From a virus, in the IMG/VR virus record IMGVR_UViG_3300033146_004399, positions 115,367 to 179,366 of that record: a DNA stretch of 64,000 nucleotides; one strand, written 5' to 3'. The number at the start of each line of letters is the position of its first letter. Position 1 is the first letter of the stretch. Shown here piece after piece: positions 49,416 through 58,795 of this stretch. Under the pieces are notes generated by a model. The model was not told the DNA's origin. It was given only the letters and a program-made list of their open reading frames with translations, and ran no database searches. The translations under genes were made by a program, and so were the position numbers.

Positions 49416-49438
49416 AAGACACTCATTAAGAGTGTCTT
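49416..49438. terminator. Conserved hairpin AAGACACTC-N5/6-GAGTGTCTT (copy 1)
   Basis: Between convergent genes with flanking A/T runs; near-identical copies at 53351, 53660, 55323. Confidence 0.7.
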
Positions 49439-49441
49439 TTT

Positions 49442-49705
49442 TTATTCCCTATCCAATTGTATTTGTCTCAAAACGTTGGAAACGTTAATTGTATGCATCA
49501 CCGTTTTGAGACATTCATTTTTCTCACGCTCAGATATTTCCACTTTGCGAGCAGCAACAAGCGCTTTATTCATTGCTTTCTCATTTATAACATCATAAGC
49601 TTTTATAACTTTAAAATCTAAGGTGAGATATATTAATTTTATGGGATATGAATTCATTACAACTATGTAACTGTCATTTGTTTTTAATACTTCTGTTGTT
49701 ATCAT
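49442..49705 (-). CDS. Hypothetical protein
   Basis: RBS AAGGA and AGCATATTTA motif upstream. Confidence 0.55.
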   Translation of the reverse strand: MITTEVLKTNDSYIVVMNSYPIKLIYLTLDFKVIKAYDVINEKAMNKALVAARKVEISEREKNECLKTVMHTINVSNVLRQIQLDRE

Positions 49706-49818
49706 TTTTTCCTTTTATATTAAATATGCTTTAATATTTCAATTCCTTAGTCAGGTCCTATTTTAAATGTACCTGAAAAAATCCATTCAATCAATTTTAA
49801 TTATGTGTATCCAAATTT

Positions 49819-51552
49819 TCATTTCACTTCTCTCATCATAGATTCAATAAGACCAGTACCACGTTCTTTGCTTCTTTTTACTGATTGATGATAATTACCT
49901 CTCCAATGTCGTACAATTCTTTCTTTATAATCTAGATTATCAGGATCTTTAGTTTCTTTTTCTTTTTTTGGATTATTAGTTTTTGTATCAATCTCAGTAA
50001 AGAATGATTTAATAATGAGTGGTATATCTTTTATCTTCTCTTTATACCCAATTTCTAAGTGATGAGTTATTTTCCCATTCATACCAATCTTTGATATAAC
50101 TCGTCTTAGATGATCTTTATACTTCTGTTCTTGGAATTTAGCATTTGTTTTATGCCAATATTTTACTTTCTTATAGTGTTGCTGCCCATGGTATTCTATA
50201 AATACGTTAAATTTCGGCATGAGCACTATAAAATCCATCCTTTTATTTCGACCAGTATCTGGTAATTTTTTATCAGCAGAGAGACTATTAATATCAAATG
50301 GTTCTTCTTTTTTTACGTATTCAGTATATTTATCTTTAAACTTGTTTAGAAGTGCATTTGTTATAGCGTGTTCACCTAATGATTCTTTTTTAGTTACTAT
50401 ATCTTTTGCTGATAGATCATTTTTACCATCTGCGTCCTTTTGAAATTTAAATGTATATCCGCTAACAGAATAACGCTCAGTACTTAATACAGATAATATT
50501 TTTTTATAATCTATATTTAATTTTTCTCCTGCTTCTTGGACATTATCATATTCATTTTTGTATTTACCGTTTATAGATTCATATGCACATACGGGTTCAA
50601 CTAAAGTAAGTTTTGCACAATTTGGACAACCATGACCTTCTACAGCATGACCTTGAATCGTTTGAGTAATTTCACCAAATCTCTCATGACCATGTTCGTG
50701 ACATATATATCTTAATTTAGAATTTTCTTTATTAACAGTACTTGAAGTGGCTCGTGCGTATTTTGGTATAAAAGTATATTCATAGTTCTTATCACCATGT
50801 TTTTCTTGACATAATTCTTCTACTTTTTTTCTTCCCATGGCTTTTTTATCAGCAAGGTGATTTTTAGATTGTTGATAAGACATAGAATTACCTGATACCA
50901 TAACTGGATATTCTTCGCCTGTATCATCATTAATAAATACAACATATTTTTTTTTATTAGTTTTCTCGCCTTTTTTCTGTAATTCATCTCTTTTTTTATT
51001 ATATCTACCTGTAAGAGGTTCCCATGGTGTTGTACCATTACTTCTCCAATAACCAGCATACATTTCATTATTATGTAACTTAACACGGTTCCAATCTTTA
51101 AAAAACTTTTTATCTATTTTAAGTTTAAATTCTTCCCACGGTATTGTTCCGTATTTTTTTTCTTTTTGTCTTGTACGTGTTACGCCTATTAAATTACGTT
51201 CGCTTCTTCTTTTCGCGGCATCTCTTTTGCTAAGAGATCCTTTACTTAAATGAGTTGAGAACGTTTCTGGCGTTTGTTTTTCACCATCAACATAATATAA
51301 AACTTTTCTGGTTCTTTCAACACCTGGTGTTTTCGGGGCTATCCATTTCTTAAATTCTTCGTCTTTTACACTCCATAATCCGTCATTAGTATTTGGATTA
51401 ATTTTATATTCTATCCTTTCCCATTCCCAACCTTTTTCCAAACATCTCTTTTTAAATTCAGGTTCAACTTGAGTTGCCCAACACTGTTTTATACCCGGTA
51501 CTGATCCAGTTTTTTCATTTAATTGTTGATTCATATTTTCAAGTATTTTCAT
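49819..51552 (-). CDS. Large endonuclease-like protein (zinc motif, NUMOD-like segment, C-terminal PD-(D/E)XK)
   Basis: CHEHG...GHGCPNC; RMDF...FIEYHGQQHY. Confidence 0.65.
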   Translation of the reverse strand: MKILENMNQQLNEKTGSVPGIKQCWATQVEPEFKKRCLEKGWEWERIEYKINPNTNDGLWSVKDEEFKKWIAPKTPGVERTRKVLYYVDGEKQTPETFSTHLSKGSLSKRDAAKRRSERNLIGVTRTRQKEKKYGTIPWEEFKLKIDKKFFKDWNRVKLHNNEMYAGYWRSNGTTPWEPLTGRYNKKRDELQKKGEKTNKKKYVVFINDDTGEEYPVMVSGNSMSYQQSKNHLADKKAMGRKKVEELCQEKHGDKNYEYTFIPKYARATSSTVNKENSKLRYICHEHGHERFGEITQTIQGHAVEGHGCPNCAKLTLVEPVCAYESINGKYKNEYDNVQEAGEKLNIDYKKILSVLSTERYSVSGYTFKFQKDADGKNDLSAKDIVTKKESLGEHAITNALLNKFKDKYTEYVKKEEPFDINSLSADKKLPDTGRNKRMDFIVLMPKFNVFIEYHGQQHYKKVKYWHKTNAKFQEQKYKDHLRRVISKIGMNGKITHHLEIGYKEKIKDIPLIIKSFFTEIDTKTNNPKKEKETKDPDNLDYKERIVRHWRGNYHQSVKRSKERGTGLIESMMREVK

Positions 51553-52129
51553 ATCTTCTCCTGATCCTTAAAAATGAAATGCAGTATCAATTTATAACAA
51601 TCCTCTACTGTTTTCTGTCTCCCTACCTCAACCTTCCTCCTGGGGAGGAGTGTTGTTCTAGCCTTCCTATCTATCAACTCAGCTTCAAATGGCATATTAC
51701 TCATACGAGGTTTGCCATTATTTAATATAGCTGCACTAGTCCACTTAATAAACTTCACCAGGGATATATTTTTCACTGTGTTTTTTAAAATCAAACATAT
51801 TATATCTTCTCTTCTTCTTTTCGTTTATCATCACTAAAAATAAAATACAGTATGAGTTTATAACATTCTTCTATTGTTGTTCTCCTACCTATTTTAACCT
51901 CTTCATACGCAACCTGGTATTTTTTTTCTTTCTCAACCGATCCTTTAGGAAATGAAATAATCATATCTCCTGAGTCAATTGATATGCTTTGAATTGGATG
52001 AGTTTCTTTTTCAGAATATCCAAAAAGTGGATAAATCATAAAAGACATTTTATCCACTCCTAGTCTTGTCAAACCATAATACTTATAAAAGTATCGGAGA
52101 ATATATTTGTATTCAGCTTTGTATTCCAT
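51549..52129 (-). other. Two paralogous small genes (51549-51794, 51800-52129)
   Basis: Shared C-terminus GRxxTxExCYKLILxFIF. Confidence 0.6.
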
Positions 52130-52165
52130 ATGATTATCTTACACCTATATAATAAAAAGGTGAGC

Positions 52166-52194
52166 TTTGGACAATGGTACAAGTGATGTATAAT
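52166..52194 (+). promoter_or_regulatory. Promoter TTTGGA-N17-TATAAT (copy 5)
   Basis: TTTGGA 52166-52171, TATAAT 52189-52194. Confidence 0.65.
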
Positions 52195-52292
52195 ACATAT
52201 ATAAATAAGTAATTATTCAAAAGCTTTTGAATAATACTATATATTTTAGCATAGTTTATATAAAAACATGAGCTAAGATAAGGAGAATTAAA

Positions 52293-53020
52293 ATGGGAAA
52301 AACCGCAAAAAAAGAATATTTCAATATGAAAGGCTTGACACGTACTGCTATTAAAAATTATATCAAAAGTAATTACACGTCAATTACATTAGACGATAAC
52401 ACTCTTGAGAACATAAGGAAAGCATTTAATATCACTACTGATTTAGCCTATGTACCTAACAAACATGGGAAAACAGATTTATATCATATTATATATGGTA
52501 TTTGTTATGCCAGTTATACCAGAGATGATTCAGTTACAAACGCAAAGTTTATTGTTACTAACAACAAACCCAACTATGAGGGAGTAGAACAACCTGAAGT
52601 ATTTGATAATTTTGGTGCAGTAGAAGATTATGCCAAAGGACTTAAAAAATCAAAAAGAGTACCTAAAGAGATTAGAGTTTTAGCAATATATTAAAAAGAG
52701 AAATTATGAACTATAAAGATGTTAATGTATTGTTATCTTGCGATATAAGCTACGATAAATATTTAACTCATAAAAAAGATTATGAATTTCTTAAAGAGGG
52801 ATATATCTCAATTTCTTTTAAAGAATATTTTGAAAGTTCTTTATTTGATATTAGAGAAGATCTCATTGAGATTTTAAGTTATGTAGGTTTTAATATTGTA
52901 GAAGGCGATTTTGATTTCGATGATGGTTATGCTGGATACGTAAATAGCTATTACATTAATGCAGATGTTATACTTGAAGCAATAAAAAAGCCACTCTTAA
53001 TTGAGTGGCTTATAGTTTAA
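52293..53020 (+). other. Two hypothetical genes (52293-52694, 52706-53020)
   Basis: RBS-led ORFs downstream of the promoter. Confidence 0.6.
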
Positions 53021-53037
53021 GTTTGTTTTATATTCAT

Positions 53038-53319
53038 TCAATCAGTATCTTTTATAAATTTTTCTAAATCTTCTTCTGAATCTAAACTTGTAAGATTATT
53101 TATATCAACAGACTTACTAGCGTTAATAAGTCTTATTGCTCCTTCATCACTTAATTCTTCACAATCAGGTCCCATAAAAGGTCCTTCATAATTCTATGGT
53201 ACCCAATTTTTACGAGTATTATCCGAATGTGAACAAACATACCATTTCTCTTCGTCCATGATGGATATATCAACGTGTTTAGAACAAGTATCGCATGTTT
53301 TCTCTTCTACCTTTTTCAT
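53038..53319 (-). pseudogene. Cys-containing small ORF interrupted by an in-frame TAG
   Basis: 94-codon frame (KTCDTC...C...WVP*NYEG) with a single TAG at 53194-53196. Confidence 0.5.
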
Positions 53320-54341
53320 ATCATGAAATATACTTTTTAGAGAAATAAAAAAGACACTCAAAAATTAAGTGTCTTTTTCTATCAACATAAGTCCAGTCTC
53401 TTTACAGATGGGACAACCTTCAATAACGGTATAACAATGCTTTTTTGATTCTTTATAATATGCTTTCCATACACAAAAACATCTTTCTAAATTTTGATGA
53501 TTTAGGAAGTCTTCTTTCTTCCAACTATATGACATATTAATCCTGTTCATTTTCTTCCTCTTTCTTTATCCAAACTTCACTATAAGGATGTTGATACCAC
53601 CTCACTCCATTTACTATAACTTCTTTCATTTATTCCTCCTTTATTTTTATACAAAAAAAAAGACACTCAATAAAGAGTGTCTTTTAATTTAATAGTTAAA
53701 TTTATGTCATCAATAATATCTATTTTATTATATGTGAATCTATTTTTTCTTGTCATACTTTATCTTACACATCTCAAATCATTCGTTACAAATGAGAGGC
53801 AATATAATTTAATTAAACTTTTAGTAAATTTATTTTCTTTTTTAATTTTCCAATTTTGGACTGTGTTCTGAGATTGCATCGAATAATTCTTGTGGTAATT
53901 TTTTTCATGTTGATGGTTTGTTATGTAAAAATATCTTATACCTTGCGTTATTTCTATAGTATGAATATTAAGACCTTTCCATCTATTCTTATAAGTGTCT
54001 CTTAACGAATTTAAACTTATTCTTTCTGGGTTGTATATTGTACCAATTTCACATTTTGATTCTTGTTTCATATATTAAAAATATTTAAAGTCTTTTACTG
54101 TCATTGTATTACTCCATATACATAAATATGGTTATTTAAAGTTATCTTTATAATATATATTTCATCGTTTCACTTTATAAATTTCTTTCCCAAATAGTTT
54201 TAGTATTATACCCTTTCCTTACTGCATATACTTTCTTAACTTCATCTTTATGCCACTATCCTAATATATTTAATTAGGCTGTCAGAAACCAAAAATTAAC
54301 CAAATATAAGCATATTTAATAGTGAACTTAGTATAAAGGAG

Positions 54342-55337
54342 TTGACTATGGAATATACAAAAGAATTGTTTGAAGATTTATATATAAATAAAGGTATGAG
54401 TATGAGACAAATTGCCACCCATTTAGATTTGGGTAAAGGTATGGTTGATTCATATATTAGAAAATTTGAAATACCTAAGCGTTCGAGAGCTGAATCTATA
54501 ACCAAACGATTTGAGAATACACCAAGAAAAAAAACAAAACAAAAGCCTCGTAAGAAAACGGCGCGACCCTGGCAAACGTATGAGCTAACTGAAGACAATT
54601 GGGAAATACAAGAAATAAACTTACGTGCAGATAGAAAAGGTGTAAAATGTTTATTTATAGATGGAGAGAGAGTAAGAGGAGATGATAGGGTATCATTTAT
54701 ATGTAAGCAAACTGGTGAAGAGGCTGAAAGACGTGTTTTCCACTTCATACAAAATCCGACCTTCTTATCAAAGAGTGCAGTAACTAGTAATACCTCCAGA
54801 GGTAGAAAACAAACTGAGGAAGCAAAAAGAATTATTGGTGAAAAGAATTCCGGAGAGAGGATTGATACATATTTTGATTTTACGTGTCCAGTATGTGGGG
54901 AAACATTTAAGTATAGAGATATTCAACGAAATAGAATAAAAAAATATTGTAGTAAAGAATGTCAAAAAACTGCATTTGTTAGTGCACCAGAATTTAAAGG
55001 TAAAATGAATAAACTTGAAGAATACTTTTGTACCATCCTTGACAGTATGGGATATAAATATAAAACACAGCATTTAGTAAAGTATTACATGGTTGATTTT
55101 TTCTTTGAAGACAAAAATCTTATTATTCAAGTAGATGGAGATTATTGGCACACAAACCCAGTGAAATATCCAGAAGGGCCAACAAGTGAAAGACAAATAC
55201 AAAATTTTAAAATGGATAAGAAATTTAAAAACTATATAGATGAATATACAAATTACAATGTAATGCGAATATGGGAAAGTGAAATAAATGGTGATGTAGA
55301 AAAAGTTAAAAGGAAAATAAAAAAGGCACTCAATTAA
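54342..55337 (+). CDS. Free-standing Vsr/DUF559-like homing endonuclease with HTH and zinc finger, convergent on the capsid gene
   Basis: N-terminal HTH, CPVCG...YCSKEC, YMVDFF...IIQVDGDYWH, VMRIWESE. Confidence 0.8.
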   Translation: MTMEYTKELFEDLYINKGMSMRQIATHLDLGKGMVDSYIRKFEIPKRSRAESITKRFENTPRKKTKQKPRKKTARPWQTYELTEDNWEIQEINLRADRKGVKCLFIDGERVRGDDRVSFICKQTGEEAERRVFHFIQNPTFLSKSAVTSNTSRGRKQTEEAKRIIGEKNSGERIDTYFDFTCPVCGETFKYRDIQRNRIKKYCSKECQKTAFVSAPEFKGKMNKLEEYFCTILDSMGYKYKTQHLVKYYMVDFFFEDKNLIIQVDGDYWHTNPVKYPEGPTSERQIQNFKMDKKFKNYIDEYTNYNVMRIWESEINGDVEKVKRKIKKALN

Positions 55338-55346
55338 GAGTGCCTT
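55323..55346. terminator. Hairpin AAGGCACTC-AATTAA-GAGTGCCTT
   Basis: Between the convergent endonuclease and capsid genes. Confidence 0.75.
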
Positions 55347-55384
55347 GTTAAGTCAATTTGTTATACTCAATTAAATATCAAAAA

Positions 55385-56936
55385 TCAGGGTAAATCCTTA
55401 ATATCAATCTGAGTATATAAAAGTTGTCCATGAGGAACTTGAGTCAATCCATATCGTGCTAAGAAACCACGTCTTGGGTTAAAATCATTTTCACCCACGA
55501 ACAGGTGTGAGGTTAGTTACATATGGACTATAGACCAAACCAGCGCCAAAAGGAGACTGAGGAGATTTGTGACCCATAAGAATTTTGTCATCTGGAAACA
55601 TAGGATCTTTATAGATATCATATCGACCAGCATAAGTACCGGCTTTAACAATATTCATACCCATGGAAGCAGTAACAGGATTAGGAATGAAGCCTTTAAG
55701 AACTTCAATATAAGAAGCAACTTTAGTACCAACAATCATCCAGTTAGCAGGACCAATTTTTGATTTTCTGAATACTTCATTACTAGCTCTAGTAACTTTT
55801 TGCATAAGAGCTAAGTGAGCATCAAGGTAATTACCTGATGTGTTGTTCTGAGCAAAAGAATTCCAGTCATAAGTAAAGCGTGAAGATGCAGGAACAAGAG
55901 TCATAACTTTTTGAATTATCTCTCTGTCTATTTCAGCAATCATTTCGTTAGAAACAAGAGCTGTAAGTTCAGCATCAGCACTTAAACCATGATAAGCCTT
56001 TAAATCTTGTTCAGATTCTTGTGACCACATAGCTTTGAGCTTACGAGTTTTAACAGCAACAGGAATGTTACCGATTGTGATTCTCATCTCAGGAATTTGT
56101 TCTGTAAATTCAAGATCAGTTTTGTACCAAGCTTTAATAGCAGTTTCAGCACCAGCTTGAGCACCATTGTAAACAACTTTAAGATTTCCAGCAGCATAAG
56201 TGATAGTAAAATCACCGTTTAAAGAACCAACTCTATCAGCGCTTCTTACTTGAAAGTTAGTAGCATCAAGTGAAGAGAAGGAAAATGTTTCTGAGAAATC
56301 ATCAGCACCAGTTAATTCAATAGTACCAAGAATCATAGCTGAATTTTCAACATTAACAGCACCGGCAGTTGCCTGCATTGGCCAAATGTTTTGAATAGCT
56401 GTTTTAGGAGCAGCAGAAATAACACCATTAAAAGTTCTAGGTGGAAGTACATCAGGGTTGATATCAATGTCTGCGTCAGCACTACCAACAGCAGAACCAG
56501 AGAAAGGTCCAATTTCGTCGGTGGAGTAGTAAGGATTATATCCTTCCTGAGCACCAGCTTGTTCTTCAAACATAGAGTATTCAGGATAATCAGTACCTGT
56601 ATAACCACTAGCTGGGTTACCTGGTCTTTCTGTTCCCATCTGATACTTTAAGTAAAAGATGATACCTGCAGGAGCCGCAATTGGCTGTACAGATACAATG
56701 TTATTTGCAATTAAGTTAGGGAATACACGTCTAACTATAGGAAGCATGATTTTTTGAAGACCTTGTACATCACCTTGAGTGGTTGCACCAGGAGCTTCTG
56801 TTAAATATTTTGCTTCATTTTCTAGAAGAATAGCAGTATTTTCTACTGTATATTCATCTGAGATACCTTCGAGAAATGGTGACCATTTCTTAAGAAGTCT
56901 ATCTTTTTCTTCTTTCATTAATCTTTGAGCGTCCAT
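55385..56936 (-). CDS. gp23: Major capsid protein (T4 gp23-like) with an apparent frameshift near 55497-55502
   Basis: LLKKW, TAILLEN, VRRVFPNLIA..IVSVQP, TRKLKA.W..E..QDL.A.HG; the conserved tail VGENDFNPRRGFLARYG...DLP* lies in another frame (55498-55385). Confidence 0.9.
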
Positions 56937-57012
56937 TTAAGAAACCTCCGTAAATTTTTTATTCCTTATATTTACCCAACCTAAGGTTATACAGTAAATA
57001 AAGTTTTAATAC

Positions 57013-57035
57013 GTGGACACGTAAAACGTGTCCAC
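57013..57035. terminator. Hairpin between scaffold and capsid genes
   Basis: GTGGACACG-taaaa-CGTGTCCAC. Confidence 0.55.
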
Positions 57036-57086
57036 TTTATTATCTTGTACTTTTTTGTTCAAAAGTTTAATTTATTACAATTTAAA

Positions 57087-57890
57087 TTATCTAGATTTTT
57101 TTAACCCAGCTAAAATAAGTTGTTCATTAAGCATATTTTCAAAAGCTGAGTCTTTAGCTTCGAATTTGTCCTCTACATAATCATCTTCAACAGAACGTCT
57201 GATTTTAATATCTTCAACATCGTCTTCGATATCATCGTCATCGTCATCATCATAATCTGCAGTATAATCATCAGTATAATCGTCATCGTAATCTACATCT
57301 TCATTCATAGCAGGAGCAGCTGATTTAGTTGTGTTTTCTTCTTTCAAAGCCTGCTTGATTGTAGCAAATTTTTCTACGATTTCTTCTTCACTACCTTCGC
57401 CTAAAAGTTTAGTAACAACTTTTCGTACGTCAGGGGATAAAGATTCAACAAGTTTTGATTTCTTAACTTCGCCCTTAAGCTGGTCAAGATCTTCAATACT
57501 TTCTTGATACATTTCGGCAAGTTTATTAAACTCGTCTCTATGTCGTTTAGCCGTTGATTCATTAATGAGAGGATATATAATCGCTTTCATTTCTTCAAGA
57601 GCTTTTACTTCAGGTGATTCTAGGTGTTCAACCATAACCTGTGCTTTAATTTCAGAGTACATTTCTTTAAGAGCTTTTGTAAATCTCTTTGTGTAAACTC
57701 TTTTCATGTTCTCTTTGATATTAGAAACCAAATCTTCGTACTCATCTTTGAGGTTGGCTTCCATTATTTCGTATTTTTCAGTGAGTTCAGTTTCAAGTTT
57801 TTTCTTCTCAGTTAATTTCCAAGAATCAAGTTTGCCTTTAAGCGCTGATTGCTGAGACTCAGTAAGTTTGATATCTGCTAAAATACTCAT
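57087..57890 (-). CDS. gp22: Prohead scaffolding protein (gp22-like)
   Basis: Acidic coiled coil between protease and capsid; ends in LAGL. Confidence 0.75.
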   Translation of the reverse strand: MSILADIKLTESQQSALKGKLDSWKLTEKKKLETELTEKYEIMEANLKDEYEDLVSNIKENMKRVYTKRFTKALKEMYSEIKAQVMVEHLESPEVKALEEMKAIIYPLINESTAKRHRDEFNKLAEMYQESIEDLDQLKGEVKKSKLVESLSPDVRKVVTKLLGEGSEEEIVEKFATIKQALKEENTTKSAAPAMNEDVDYDDDYTDDYTADYDDDDDDDIEDDVEDIKIRRSVEDDYVEDKFEAKDSAFENMLNEQLILAGLKKSR

Positions 57891-58795
57891 TAGTTGTCCT
57901 CCTTTTTAAGGTTTAAGGTATTTTTATCGTATCCTAAATGATCGATTTTTGTTTTTAGTTTTTCGGAAATTGTTTTGCCGTAGATACGACTAATAAATTC
58001 CATGTTTTCTTCATTAACAGAGATTCTTTCATGTTCAGCACCCTTTTTAAGAAGAATGTGATAATCATGAGACATATGGAAATTTAAATAACCATAAGAA
58101 TCTTTTTCGCCTTCAACAATATAAAATTTATTGTTTTCAGCTTCATCGCCTCCAACATAATATCTGCGTTCCTGTTCAGGAGTTTCTACATCTTCATCGA
58201 GAATTTCTTCAACGAGGAAGTTTAGGTTTGTTACATAATCCTCATCTTCAGTTACTACTTCAGCAACTTCAGTCTGTTTACTTTCATAAACAGCGTTAGG
58301 ATATGCACCCGGTGTAGATGGGTCAGACACAATATCAAAAGTAACAAGTTTGAAGTCGTCTTGCACTTCATTAAGTCCATTCACTTCTTTGGTAGAACCA
58401 AAGCCACGAGATGATATACCAAGCTTCACACCACTTTTAATAAGACTTTCGAGAATTTTACCAGCTGGTGTTTGTAACACTTCAGCTTCACCTATAACAG
58501 AACCAGAAGGATCCATAGTAAGTGCAGTAATTTTATGAGACACCTTATCAAGGTGGATTTTAGCATCATCTGGATGATCTAATTCCCCAAGCATTCTGCC
58601 CTCAACAACCATATCGGTCGTGGAAGAAAGCGCACTTTCTAGTACAGCTCGAGGATAAGTTCGTCTGTTACCATTAGGGGTATCAGATTTCTGAAAGATG
58701 CCTTTTAGACGGAACTTTTTGGGCATACCATCTTCGTTGAGTTCTTGTATTTCGTAAGAGAATTCGTTAAACTCTTGTAAGATGTTATTAGCCAT
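57890..58795 (-). CDS. gp21: Prohead maturation protease (gp21-like)
   Basis: NGNRRTYP, LGELDHP, VSHKI, LGISSRGFGS, DIVSDPS. Confidence 0.93.
   Translation of the reverse strand: MANNILQEFNEFSYEIQELNEDGMPKKFRLKGIFQKSDTPNGNRRTYPRAVLESALSSTTDMVVEGRMLGELDHPDDAKIHLDKVSHKITALTMDPSGSVIGEAEVLQTPAGKILESLIKSGVKLGISSRGFGSTKEVNGLNEVQDDFKLVTFDIVSDPSTPGAYPNAVYESKQTEVAEVVTEDEDYVTNLNFLVEEILDEDVETPEQERRYYVGGDEAENNKFYIVEGEKDSYGYLNFHMSHDYHILLKKGAEHERISVNEENMEFISRIYGKTISEKLKTKIDHLGYDKNTLNLKKEDN

Noticed and set aside
49416-55346. GCACTC/GAGTGC hairpins as CIRCE operators
   Set aside because: Spacer is 5-6 nt rather than 9 and they lie at gene ends, consistent with terminators
57180-57310. Trinucleotide-like repeats in scaffold and core genes
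   Set aside because: They encode ordinary poly-Asp/Glu acidic tracts typical of scaffolding proteins
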